A stretch of 64,000 nucleotides of DNA from Dipteris shenzhenensis (GCA_047967505.1 CM106538.1); one strand, 5' to 3'; shown: positions 11,776-24,330, counted from the first letter of the stretch. The notes: generated from the sequence alone by a model not told the origin. Numbers and translations are program-made.

Positions 11776-14170
11776 TATTTCCGCATGAGCATAAGCATGA
11801 GCTTATGCTTATGCTTATGCATAAGCATAAGCATAAGCTCATGCTTATGCTCATTCATGAGCATGAGCTTATGCGTAAGTTTCCGCAAGAGCTTATGCGG
11901 AAATAGAGAATGAGAGAAGCATATGCTTCTCTCATTCTCTTTTTCTGCATAAGCTCCTTCTCTCATTCCACATAAGCTCCTTCTCTATTTCCGCATGAGC
12001 ATAAGCATGAGCTTATGCTTATGCTTATGCATAAGCATAAGCATAAGCTCATGCTTATGCTCATTCATGAGCATGAGCTTCTGCGTAAGTTTCCGCAAGA
12101 GCTTATGCGGAAATAGAGAATGAATTCCGCATATGCTTCTCTCATTCTCTTTTTCCGCATAAGCTCCTTCTCTCATTCCGCATAAGCTCCTTCTCTATTT
12201 CCGCATGAGCATAAGCATGAGCTTATGCTTATGCTTATGCATAAGCATAAGCATAAGCATAAGCATAAGCTCATGCTTATGCTCATGCATGAGCATGAGC
12301 TTATGCTTATGCTTATGCTTATGCATAAGCATGAGCATGAGCTTATGCTTATGCTTATGCTTATGCTTATGCATAAGCATAATCATAAGCTCATGCTTAT
12401 GCTCATGCGAAAATAGAGAAGGAGCTTATGTAGAATGAGAGAAGGAGCTTATCATGAGCTTATGCGCAAGTTTCCGCAAGAGCTTATGCGCAAGTTTCCG
12501 CAAGTTTCCGCAAGTTTCCGCAAGCATAAGCATAAGCTCATCTTATGCTCATGCAAGTTTCCGCAAGTTTCCGCATGAGCTCCTTCTCTTTTTCCGCATA
12601 AGCTCCTTCTCTTTTTCTGCATAAGCTCCTTCTCTATTTTCGCATGAGCATAAGCATAAGCATAAGCTCATGCTTATGCTCATGCATGAGCATGAGCTTA
12701 TGCGCAAGTTTCCGCAAGAGCTTATGCGCAAGCTTCCGCAAGTTTCCGCAAGCATAAGCATAAGCATATGCATAAGCTCATGCTTATGCTCATGCAAGTT
12801 TCCGCAAGTTTCCGCATGAGCTCCTTCTCTTTTTCCGCATGAGCTCCTTCTCTTTTTCCGCATAAGCTTCTTCTCTATTTTCGCATGAGCATAAGCATAA
12901 GCATAAGCTCATGCTTATGCTCATCCATGAGCATGAGCTTATGCGCAAGTTTCCACAAGAGCTTATGCGCAAGTTTCCGCAAGTTTCCGCAAGTTTCCGC
13001 AAGCATAAGCATAAGCATAAGCATAAGCTCATGCTTATGCTCATGCAAGTTTCCGCAAGTTTCCGCATGAGCTCCTTCTCTTTTTCCGCATAAGCTCCTT
13101 CTCTCATTCCGCATAAGCTCCTTCTCTATTTCCGCATGAGCATAAGCATGAGCTTATGCTTATGCTTATGCATAAGCATAAGCATAAGCATAAGCATAAG
13201 CATAAGCTCATGCTTATGCTCATGCATGAGCATGAGCTTATGCGCAAGTTTCCGCAAGACTTATGCGCAAGTTTCCGCAAGTTTCCGCAAGCATAAGCAT
13301 AAGCGTAAGCATAAGCTCATGCTTATGCTCATGCATGAGCATGAGCTTATGCGCAAGTTTCCGCAAGAGCTTATCCGCAAGTTTCCGCAAGTGCTCCTTC
13401 TCTTTTTCCGCATAAGCTCCTTCTCTTTTTCCGCATGAGCATAAGCATGAGCTTATGCTCATTCATGAGCATGAGCTTATGCGTAAGTTTCCGCAAGAGC
13501 TTATGCGGAAATAGAGAATGAGAGAAGCATATGCTTCTCTCATTCTCTTTTTCCGCATAAGCTCCTTCTCTCATTCCGCATAAGCTCCTTCTCTATTTCC
13601 GCATGAGCATAAGCATGCTCACCTTCTCTATCTCCGCATATGCGGAAACATGAGCATAAGCTCATGCTCACCCATGAGCATCCGCATAAGCTCATGCGGA
13701 AAAAGAGAAGGAGCTTATGCGGAAATAGAGAATGAGTTTCCGCATAAGCTCTTTCTCTTTTTCCGCATAAGCTCTTTCTCTTTCTCTTTTGCGTGAGCAT
13801 ATGCGGAAATAGAGAATGAGAGAAGCTTATGCTTCTCTCCTCCTCTATTTTCGCATATGCGGAAACATGAGCATAAGCTCATGCTCACCCATGAGCATAA
13901 GCATAAGCTCATGCGGAAAAAGAGAAGGAGCTTATGCGGAAATAGAGAATGAGAGATGCTTCTCTCCTTCTCTTTTTCTGCATAAGCTCCTTCTCTTTTT
14001 CCGCATGAGCATAAGCATGCGGAAACTCATCCTTCTCATGCTTATGCTCATGCATGTGCATGAGCTTATGCTTAAGTTTCCGCATAAGCTCATGCTTATG
14101 CGTGAGCTTATGCGGAAATAGAGAATGAGAGAAGCATAAGCTCATTCTCTATTTCTGCATAAGCTCATTC
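11775..14170. repeat. 2.4-kb compound simple-repeat array inside the CACTA element
   Basis: Mixed gcataa, gcatga and cttatg hexamers, gcaagtttcc decamers and ctccttctc blocks, with higher-order duplication (near-identical units of about 210 bp starting near 11775 and 11985). Confidence 0.92.
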
Positions 14171-14396
14171 TCTATTTCCCACTCTATTTCCCCCTTCTCT
14201 CATTTCCCCCTTCTCTCATTCTCTATTTTCCCTCATCTCTATTTCCCCCTTCTCTCATTTCCCCCTTTCTCTCATTCTCTATTTCCTCATTCTCATTCTT
14301 TTCTTTCCTTTACATCTTCTTTCCCTCTTATCTTTCCCTCTTCTTTCCCTCTTTCCTTTCCCTCTTCTTTCCTTTCCCTCTTCTTTCTTCTTCCCT
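14170..14396 (+). repeat. CT-rich tract upstream of the second CACTA gene
   Basis: Nearly pure pyrimidine run (ttccctctt repeats). Confidence 0.75.
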
Positions 14397-14468
14397 ATGC
14401 CTATGCCTATGAGAATGCTCATGTTTGTTTATTTGTTTTCTGTTTTCGTGTTTGTGTCTATGTTAGAC

Positions 14469-16044
14469 ATGGGATCACGTCGCTCATCGGACGAGTATGG
14501 ACAGCCTCGCAGGAGGAGAGCTCACGATCTATATGCTCCAGAGGACTTTGATTCCTCTCAGGCAACTACCCCAAGGACTACCCCTGGTCCGACTCCTCTC
14601 GGTCCTAGCACTGTGACTACCCCTGGTCCGACCCCTCTTCCACGTAGCACTGCGACTACCCCTCAGGGGACTCCTTTGCTAGCCGCGCATGGCTTTGTTG
14701 GGACTCCCGATGAGTTTGTAGTGCAGATGAGCGATGAGGAGGCAGCGAGATTCTTCTCTCTGCTCTCTCAGAGGACCTCCGCAATTCCTTCCCCTACACC
14801 GACGGGTGGATGTACAGCCCAGCCATCCCCTCGCGCCCCTTCGACCGCGGGATCATCACCTGCGCATGCCTCCCGCAAGGGAAGGAAGAGTAGGATGGGC
14901 GGCTCATGTTGTGCTGACTCAAGAGATGTAGACGAGTCAGCACACTCACGCTCCTTTAGGTCTCCACTTGGTCCGGAGACACAGTATCAGTCAGGTCCCT
15001 TTCCCTCTCCTACTCCCACATCTACTCCTCGATCCGGAAGCGGTCGCGTAGCTTCCACTCCTTCAGACTCTGCTACCGTCAGTCCCCCTTACTCATCAGG
15101 GGATCTCTCCTATCAAATCACATCTGCTGGAGAGATAATAGAAGACAAAAAGGGCAAAGCAGTGATGGCCGCCATGAGGCGGTTGATGAGTCATCACTTC
15201 AAGAGCGGCATAAATATCGATTGGCGGTATCAAGATGGCCAAAAGAAGCAGGCGGTGATCGATGAGTTAAAACAAAGATATCCTAATCCGCCAAATGTGG
15301 AGTTTAATAACAGTTATATGCTCGAGCGCATGGGTTTGGTCCTAAAGCATCGCAGATCAACCATGCGTACTTCCATTACAAAGGGGTTGGCTAAACCCAG
15401 CTGGGCAGACAAAGCTGATTGGAAGTACTTCAAGAAGCAACATAGGGACCATCCTGAAATGTTCGAGGGTCAGAGGAGGGCTACGAAGAGACGGCTGGAT
15501 GTCATAGGTACTTCGCACTTTGGTGCAGGCGGACGGTATGCGTTCGAGGCAACCGTGGTAAGTTTACTTCTTTCCATTTAATGTATTGTTCTATTTGTTT
15601 TACTTACATATTACATGCACTTTAGCTAACTCTAACTCTCGTAAATTGGATCCACAGCAAGCTGCGATGGGTCGTCTTCCTATGGATGCAGAGACGCGGC
15701 GCGCATTTCGGATAGGAACCAAGCCGTGGTTCATTGAGCAAGAGGCAATGGGAGCGATAGTCGATTGGGCTGAGGTGGCTGCTCGCACGGTATAAGTTTA
15801 CTCCTACTTGTAATCTCACTTTTTAATTTAAGTTCCAATCTAATTTTCGATTTATATGGTTCACTCTCAGGGTCAAAGCTCAAGCGTCCCATCATCAGAG
15901 ACGAGTGATCAACAGGGGCAAGGATCGGACGCAGGTGCCGATGACGAGGGAGAAGATGCAGGTGTCGGGGACAAGGGAGAAGATGCAGGTGCCGAGGACC
16001 AGGGAACAGCCCAACAAGACGATTCGGATTCGGATTCAGATTAG
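14469..16044 (+). CDS. Second CACTA gene, probable TnpA/Ptta-En/Spm-like protein, 3 exons, about 464 aa
   Basis: Exons 14469-15557, 15658-15789 and 15871-16044 join in frame at GT..AG sites with no stops. The N-terminus is S/T/P-rich, the core reads DWRYQDGQKK..., KPSWADKADWKYF, SHFGAGGRYAFEATV|QAAMGRLPMDAE, and the tail is acidic. The family assignment is by resemblance. Confidence 0.7.
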
Positions 16045-16242
16045 GATTAGTAGTGGTTGTAGGATTTTGTATATCCGCTCGTTAGAGCCATTTTGTATCG
16101 CCCTTTCACAGGGTAATTTTGTTTCAAACACAGTTGTATATGTATATGCATTTCTTCCTCATCATTCACAAGAACAATTTTGTATCACCCTGCAAGCAAG
16201 GGAAATTTTGTTATAAAAAACTTTCTTTTGTAATTACAAAAA

Positions 16243-16313
16243 AAAAAAAAGGGTTAGTGGGGCTAAACAGGGCCAAAAGGAAGCCCTGTTTAGCCCCACT
16301 AACCCTTTTTTTT
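16243..16313. repeat. Perfect hairpin with a 31-bp stem and 9-nt loop
   Basis: A8-gggttagtggggctaaacagggc, loop caaaaggaa, gccctgtttagccccactaaccc-T8. Confidence 0.9.
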
Positions 16314-16324
16314 AACTTCTGTTA

Positions 16325-16525
16325 ATCGTCGCTATATAGCGACGTTTACCAGTGTCGCTATATAGCGACGATTAACAGAGTCGCTATATAGCGACGTTTT
16401 TATCGTCGCTATATAGCAACGTTTAAATCGTCGCTATATAGCGACGATTATCAGCGTCGCTATATAGCGACGGTTTATAGCGACGCTCCTTTTCCGACGA
16501 TTTTAACGACTTTTATAGCGACCTT
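16325..16525. repeat. CACTA right subterminal repeats (GTCGCTATATAGCGAC)
   Basis: About 6 palindromic copies plus half-sites. Confidence 0.9.
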
Positions 16526-17390
16526 TGCGCCCGTGAAAAAAAAAAATTTTAATGTAAAAAGCGTCGGTATTTCCGTCGGAAAATGGCCTATGCCTTGTAG
16601 TGCTAGACATGTTCAAGAGAGTAAGAATCCATTGGAATTAATCCACTCTGATGTGTGGACTACTAAAGCTGCATCTATTGGAGGCTGTCATTATTTTGTC
16701 ACTTTTATTGATGACTACAGCAGAAAAGTTTGGGTGTATTTTATGAAAAAGAAAAGTGAAGTGTTTGGGCATTTCAAAGCTTTTAAAGCTATGGTTGAAA
16801 AAGAAATAGGCCTGCAAATAAAATGCCTAAGGTCAGATGTAGGCAGAGAGTACCTCTCAAATGAGTTTGCAAGGTTCCTACAGGAGCATGGCATAAAGCA
16901 GCAATATTCATGCAGTCATATCCCACAGCAAAATGGACTTGCCAGAAAGGAAAAACAAGCATATTGGAGAGGTATCTCGGGCCATGCTAAATGAAAAAGA
17001 CCTACCAGATAATTATTGGGCTGAAGCAATTGCTACAGCAGTTTACATAATGAACAGGACTTTCACTGCAGCAATACATGGCATGATACCAGAGGAGATG
17101 TATACTAGTAGGAAACCAGATATTTCTCATTTGAAAATTTTTGGTTGCATTGCCTATGTTCATGTGCCAGATGAGTTGAGGTACAAGTTGGATCCAAAAG
17201 CTGAGAAGTGCATCTTTATTGGTTATTCTCTGCAGCAAAAAGGTTATAGATGCTATAACCCTTCTACTCATAGGTTTACAGTGAGTTGAGATGTTGTTTT
17301 TTATGAGATGACCAGCTGGTATAAACCAGTAAATGTGATTGATGATGTAGATGCACAAAATGGTAATGTTGCACAGAATTCACAGCAACA

Positions 17391-18084
17391 TGTTGGAGGT
17401 GCAAATCTCTCATGGACAAAGGGGATAAGAAGAAGGAGAAAGGGTTGAATTATCCCACATACAAAGGTGTGTGGAAGATGAAGGGACATAAATAGTCCAA
17501 GTTGCCCCTCCTATCTTCAATTCCCCCAAGCTTGCCTTTTGTGGAGGTTGGAGGGCTGGCTAGGCAAGGGTGCCTTATGGCAGGGGTGGGGACCTGCCAT
17601 ACACACATGCCAGAGCCTCCGTAGTGGCCATGAAGGTTGTGCACTTCCGTGAGGTGCTAGCGGTCTTGGCGGGGGGCATGCTAGGCACATGCTCTTGGAT
17701 TCTAACATGGTATCAGAGCCCGGGTCTGATCCCCGGCCACCTCTCTCCATGATCGATTGGAGGGGGGTGTTGGAGGTGCAAATCTCTCATGGACAAAGGG
17801 GATAAGAAGAAGGAGAAAGGGTTGAATTATCCCACATACAAAGGTGTGTGGAAGATGAAGGGACATAAATAGTCCAAGTTGCCCCTCCTATCTTCAATTC
17901 CCCCAAGCTTGCCTTTTGTGGAGGTTGGAGGGCTGGCTAGGCAAGGGTGCCTTATGGCAGGGGTGGGGACCTGCCATACACACATGCCAGAGCCTCCGTA
18001 GTGGCCATGAAGGTTGTGCACTTCCGTGAGGTGCTAGCGGTCTTGGCCGGGGGCACGCTAGGCACATGCTCTTGGATTCTAACA
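17391..18084 (+). mobile_element. TRIM (terminal-repeat retrotransposon in miniature), 694 bp
   Basis: LTRs 17391-17707 and 17768-18084 (317 bp, TGTT..AACA, 2 mismatches seen). The 60-bp interior has PBS tggtatcagagcc and PPT ggagggggg. TSD CAACA at 17386-17390 and 18085-18089. Confidence 0.96.
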
Positions 18085-21000
18085 CAACAATCACAAAATA
18101 TTAGTGGATCTGTAGTGTCCTCTAGCAGTAGTTCACATACTTCACCATGGACAGGTAGATTGAGATTAGGAGAATCTCCTCAAAGCAATTTAGATAGTGG
18201 TATGCAGGTATCACGAAAAGGAAAAGAGAAGGTTGATCAGCCCATGTTTGATGTGAATGCAGGTCACTCTTATCAGGATGGTGAATCCAGTGGCTCAGAA
18301 GAGAGCATTGATGATGAGTTGGGTATTCCTTCTGTTGTTACACCTAGAGTAAGGAAGACCAGGGATGTTTTGAGAGCACCTGGAAGTGAGCCTATTTTGC
18401 GCAAGTCTACTAGAGCTAGGTATTCTGTGGATAGGATGAAATATGATGGATTTACAGCCATTCACTATGCCTATATGGTCAAAGTGATACAGGAACCAGA
18501 ACCCACCTCTTTTGAGTAAGCCATGGGAAAAGAAAAAAGGGAGAAAGCCATGGATGAAGAAATGGATTCCTTGGAAGCAAATGCTACATGGGAATTGGTG
18601 CCTTTGCCTAAAGACAAGAATGCAATTGGCTGTAAGTGGGTTTATAAGGTGAAGCACAAAGCAGATGGTTCTGTGAATAGATACAAGGCAAGATTAGTTG
18701 TCAAAGGGTATGCACAGACATATGGTATTGATTATGAAGAAACATTCAGTCCAGTTGCAAGGATGGCAACTGTAAGAGTAGTCATTGCCGTGGCTGCATC
18801 AAAGAAATGTCTTTACATCAAATGGATGTAAAGAATGCCTTCTTGCATGGTGATTTGCAAGAAGAGGTCTTTATGGAGCAGCCACCAGGTTATGTTCATG
18901 CTATTCATCCTGAGTTTGTTTGTAGGAGGTTGAAGAAAGCCTTGTATGGCTTGAAACAAGCACCTAGAGCATGGTCTGACAAAATAGCTCGGTATTTTGT
19001 CATTATTGGCTTTCAAATTTCCAAGGCAGATTTCTCACTTTATGTGAGAAAAATAGAGAAAGGTATTATGCTGCTTGTCATTTATGTTGATGATTTGATC
19101 ATCACAGGTGATAGTGATGAAGATATCCTTCATGTGAAAATGCTATTGAAGCAAAAGTTTGAGATGAAGGATTTGGGAGAGCTGCGTTATTTCTTGGGCA
19201 TTGAGGTGATTAGATCACCAAGTGGGATACGGCTCTTACAGAGGCAGTATGGATTGGACATGCTATCCAAATATGGAATGAAAGGCTATAAGCCTACTTC
19301 AGTTCCTTTGGAGCAGAATGTGAAGATGTAGGTGAAGCTAAGTCCACATTGTAGTATGGCCTATTTTATGAGACTGGGGTTCAGATACAGTTGCATGGAT
19401 ACACTGATGCTGATTGGGCTGGTAGTATTTCTAATAGATGATCTATCAGTGGATATGTGCTCTCTTTTGGGAGTGCTGCAGTCACTTGGAGGAGCAAGAA
19501 ATAGTCTACACTTGCCTTGTCGAGCATAGAGGCTGAGTACAGGGGTTTAGCAATGGCTGCATGTGAGGTAGCTTGGTTGCATAAGCTACTTTATGATATG
19601 CATCAGTCTACAGATGGGCCAGTTGTCATTTACTGTGACAACATGAGCAGTATACACTTGGCAAATAACCTAGTCTATCATGCTAAAACAAAGCACATTG
19701 AGGTGAGTTATCACTATGTGCGAGAGAAGGTTTTACTAGGTCTTATTGATCTAGTTTATGTCAGCACAGAGGATCAGGTAGCTGACATATTTATGAAGGA
19801 ATTGGGCACAGAGAAGCTGCACAAGTTTAGAGACCTACTTGGTGTGTAGGAATTGGGATTGAGCTCGAGGGGGAGTGTTGAGATATTGAGCTCCACTCGT
19901 GATATGCCAGGGTGACCGTTGTGCATTTATGTCATCGACTTGTTAGCTGCAGATGCGGTTGGTACACTGCCCATGAATAATAGTTGGATGACAGCTATCC
20001 TTATGTACTCTAGTTCGTGGCTCAGTTAGTATGCCACCTTAGTTAGCTGAGTTTGGTTTGAGACCCACATCTAGGGTTCTTCTATTTCTTCGTACTAGAG
20101 TTCTTTTGGCTTACACAACTAAGAAGAGGAAAGTTGTTTTCAGCCTCCACCTTTGTGTGTATGCCCCCATTGTGTATGTGAGAAAGTCGCAAGTGAGACT
20201 CCTTCCCTCTCTCCCACTATCTTCACAATTATTTTATCACTATTATTAATGACTACAGCAAAAAAGTTTGCGTGTATTTTATGAAAAAGAAAAGTGAAGT
20301 GTTTGGGCATTTCAAGCTTTTAAAGCTATGGTTGAAAAAGAAATAGGCCTGCAAATAAAATGCCTAAGGTGAGATGGAGGGGGAGAGTATCTCTCAATTG
20401 AGTTTGCAAGTTTCTTGCAGGAGCATGGCGTAAAGCAGCAATATTCATGCAGTCATACCCCATAGCAAAATGGACTTGCAGAAAGGAAAAACAGGCATAT
20501 TGGAGAGGTATCTTGTGCCATGCTGAACGAAAAAGACCTGCCAGATTATTATTGGGTTGTAGTTGCTACAGCAGTCTACATAATGAATAGGACTCCCACA
20601 TGATGCCAGAGGAGAGGTATACTGGTAGGAAACTAGATATTTCTCATTTGAAAGTTTTTGGTTGCATTGCCTATGTTCATGTGCCAGATAATTTGAAAGT
20701 TTTTGGTTGCATCTTTATTGGTTATTCTCTACAGCAGAAAGGGTATAGATGCTATAACCCTTCTACTCGTAAGTTTACAGTGAGCACAGATGTTGCTTTT
20801 GATGAGATGAGCAGTTGGTATAAGCCAGTAAATGTGATTGATGCACAAAATGGTAATGCTGCACAGAATTCACAGCAGCAGTCACAAAATATTACTGGAC
20901 CTGTAGTGTCCTCTAGTAGTGGTTCACATACTTTGCCATGGATAGGCAGATTGAGATCAGGAGGATCTCCTCAAAGCAATGCAGATAGTGGTATGCAAGT

Positions 21001-23052
21001 ATCATGAAAAGGAAAAGAGAAAGTAGATCAGCCCATGGTTGATGTGAATGCAGGTCACTCTTATGTGGATGGTGAATCCACATCCAGTGGCTTAGAACAG
21101 AGCCTTGATAATGAGTTCGGTATTCCTTCTGTTGTTACACCTGGAGTAAGGAAGACAAGGGATGTTTTGAGAGCACTTGGTAGTGAGCCTATTTTGTGCA
21201 AGTCTACTAGAGCTAGGTATCCTATGGATAGACTAAAATATGATGGATTTACAGCCATTCACTATGCCTATATGGTCAAAGTGATACATGAACCAGAACC
21301 CACTTCTTTTGAGCAAGCCATGGGAAAAGAAAAATGGGAGAAAGCCATGGATGAAGAAATGGATGCCTTGGAAGTAAATGCTACATGGGAATAGGTGCCT
21401 TTACCTAAAGACAAGAATGCAATTGGCTGCAAGTGGGTTTATAAGGTGAAGCACAATGCAGATGGTTATGTGAACAGATACAAGGCAAGATTTGTTGTCA
21501 AGGGGTATGCACAGACAGATGGCATTGATTATGAAGAAACATTTAGTCCGATTGCAAGGATGGCAACCGTAAGAGCAGTCATTACAATGGCTGCATCAAA
21601 GGTATGGTCTTTACATCAGATGGATGTAAAGAATGCTTTCTTGCATGTTGATTTGCAAGAAGAGGTCTATATGGAGTAGCCACCAGGTTGTGTCGATGCT
21701 GTTCATCCTGAGTTTGTTTGCAGGTTGAAGAAAGCCTTGTATGGCTTGAAGCAAGCACCCAAAGCATGGTCTGACAAGATAGGATAGTATCTTGTCACTA
21801 TTGGCTTTCAGATTTCCAAGGCAGATTTCTCACTTTATGTGAAAAAAACAGAGAAAGGTATTATGTTGCTTGTCATTTATGGTTATGATTTGATCATCAT
21901 AGGTGATAGTGATGAAGATATCCTTCATGTGAAAATGCTATTGAAGCAGAAGTTTGAGATGAAGGATTTGGGAGAGTTGCATTACTTCTTGGGCATTGAG
22001 GTGATTAGATCCACAAGTGGGATATGGCTCCTGCAGAGGCAGTATGGATTGGACATGTTGTCTAAATATGGGATGACAAGCTGTAAGCCTATTTTAGTTC
22101 CTTTGGAGTAGAATGTGAAGCTGAGTGTAGATGCAGGTGAGCTTTCGGAAGACCCTACTATGTACAGACACATAGTAGGAAGGTTGATTTATATGACTAT
22201 TACTAGGCCATATTTGAGCTATGATGTTGGTTTGGTAAGTCAGTTTATGGAGGCTCCAAGGAAACGACATTTGGATGTAGCTAGATGCATACTGAGTTAT
22301 GTGAAGTCCACATTGCAGTATGGACTATTTTATGAGACTGGGGTTCAGATATAGTTGCATGGATACACTGATGCTGATTGGGCTGGTAGTATTTCTGATA
22401 GACGATCTACAAGTGGATATATGTTCTCTTTTGGGAGTGTTGCAATCACTTGGAGCAGCAAGAAACAGCCTATAGTTGCCTTGTTGAGCACAGAGGCTAC
22501 GTACAAGGGTGCAACAATGGCTGCATGTGAGGTAGCTTGGTTGCATAAGCTACTTTATGATATGCATCATTCTACAAATGGGCCAGTTGTCATTTATTGT
22601 GACAACATGAGCAGTATACACTTCGCAAATAACCCAGTCTATCATGCTAGAACAAAGCACATTGAGGTACATTACCACTATGTGTGGGAGAAGGTTCTAC
22701 TAGGTTTTATTGATCTAGTTTATGATAGCACAGAGGATCAGGTAGCTGACATATTCACGAAGGCATTGGGTGCAAGGTAGGTGACATATTCACGAAGGCA
22801 TTCAGAGACCTGCTTGGTGTGCAGCAATTGTCAAGGGGGAGTGTTGAGATATCGAGCTCCACTCGTGATATGCCAGGGTGACCGTTGTGCATTTATGTCA
22901 CCGACTTGTTAGCTGCAGATGCGGTTGGTACACCGCCCATGAATAATAGCTAGATGACAGCTATCTTCATGTGCTCTAGTTAGTGGCTTAGTTAGTATGC
23001 CACCTTAGTTAGCTGAGTTTGGTTTGAGACCCACATATAGGCTTCACCTACT

Positions 23053-24330
23053 TGTTGGGGGTTGTTCCAATGGTATTTCAGTCACTTGGGTACAGTAGTC
23101 ATACTGTTCATCTGGCACTAGCTACGCTTGTGGCTCATGGACTGGCATGGTATCGATGGGTGGTGCTAGTGCCGGTGTAGTCTCAGGCTCTAGTGCAGAT
23201 ATTGACTTAGGCTTTTGCTGCTACTATTGTTGGAGATATATTGGTTGCAATTGTGCACCGAGCTGTAGCATCTCGTGGGGCAATTCCTCAATTCTGACCT
23301 CCAGAATAGACATTTCTTCTCAAGTATCTGCATTTGCCGATGTGATAGTAGGAGAAGTTGGTGATGGCTCCCATACTGGTGAGAAGGAATTTCCAACTCC
23401 TCAATAGGTTTCGGTGACTAGGGCAGAGTCATTTATTGTTCTTGTAGCTCTTTATTGATGATTACAGCCAATAAGTATGGAATTTTACATTTTTGGCCTG
23501 ATGAACCATCTAGTTTTTTTGTGAAGAAGATGATTGAGTGCTGGATCCAATCTTGCTTTAGTTTCCTACTTAGCAAAATAGATGTGTGGAGTGGAAGGGA
23601 TCGATTCTACTGCACTTAACCTCCAGGATTGTAGATAGGAATTATGCTACTTCCTTGAAGCGAGGGTTAATGATGGTGCAAAGTAATATGCCATCCCTAT
23701 GGTACATTGTGCCCTTGGCGAGGAAAGGCTGTACTTCAAGAAATTTAGCATCGGCAAGACTTGTAGGGTATTTGGCACCTTGTGTTGGGAGTGAGAAGGC
23801 CCTTTGAATGAATATACTATCAAGGATAATGTTGAGTGGGATTTGATATACAGTGATGGTGCCGTACTTGCGAACTGTGCATTGTTGGAGTGGTAAGAAT
23901 GGAGAAAGTCATTGATGTATGTGGTCATTGTAGGAATCTCTTCCAAGAATTTTACACTCTCATACAAATTGCCTAGACCCCTTTTCTCTAAGAAAGTTGT
24001 TGCATTGGAAAGAGCATAAGTTGATGTAAGTGGCGACATAAGTTCCAATGACTGGTGGGCTCTGTCAATGGTTGTGTAGGCTGGTGGTGACTAGGGTGGC
24101 ATTTGTTCTTCTTGGGTTTCCATGTCCTGCACAGAATCCTCCTTAGAGCTATCACTCTGAACCACAAAATGCTTGCGGTCACTGTGGTTGAGAGGAGGTA
24201 GATGTCTGGGAACTCTGAAGGGGATCTCGTAGTTGAGGCGGCGGCTCTTTCTATGCATCCTCTTTAGTGGCGGCATTGTTTCTGAACCTGCATCCATGTG
24301 CATATGGTGTACCATTGATCATTATATAAG
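23053..24330 (-). pseudogene. Degenerate ORF of unknown function, possibly a retroelement accessory ORF
   Basis: Collinear minus-strand ORF pieces (24315-24091, 24048-23647) with a coiled-coil-like and P/T-rich end. No recognisable domain. Confidence 0.25.

Larger units (their letters stand above)
10262..16602. mobile_element. CACTA (En/Spm) DNA transposon, 6341 bp, inserted in copia B
   Basis: Termini CACTAC (10262) and GTAGTG (16602), with a 3-bp TSD CTA (10259-10261 and 16603-16605). Removing it restores ttcctagacatgttcaagag as seen in element A. Both ends carry subterminal arrays of the palindrome gtcgctatatagcgac. Confidence 0.96.
7905..20227 (+). mobile_element. Ty1/copia LTR retrotransposon B, same family as A, nested in A's integrase
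   Basis: LTRs 7905-8256 and 19876-20227 (352 bp each, about 22 mismatches by eye), TSD ATTAT (7900-7904 and 20228-20232), PBS at 8257, PPT gagggggag 19867-19875. Gag/protease/pre-integrase about 8670-10261, integrase 16603-17390, RT 18523-19331 (VIYVDDLII), RNaseH to 19849. A deletion relative to A lies near 19335. Confidence 0.96.
5328..23051 (+). mobile_element. Ty1/copia LTR retrotransposon A, degenerate, host of nested insertions, 3' LTR truncated
   Basis: 5' LTR 5328-5679 (TG..CA) and PBS tggtatcagagc at 5680. Gag starts near 6226 with a CYYCGKMGH zinc knuckle, protease WYVDSGASNHM and GAG-pre-integrase to 7904. Integrase, RT and RNaseH resume at 20233-22780 ([21 protein letters not shown]). 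PPT aagggggag precedes a 3' LTR from 22842 that diverges after about 23051. Many in-frame stops. Confidence 0.93.

Noticed and set aside
11712-14145. Many His/Lys/Met/Leu-rich ORFs
   Set aside because: They are translation artefacts of hexamer repeats.
17391-18084. Cassandra element or 5S rRNA gene
   Set aside because: No 5S rRNA-like A/C-box segment is visible in the LTRs.
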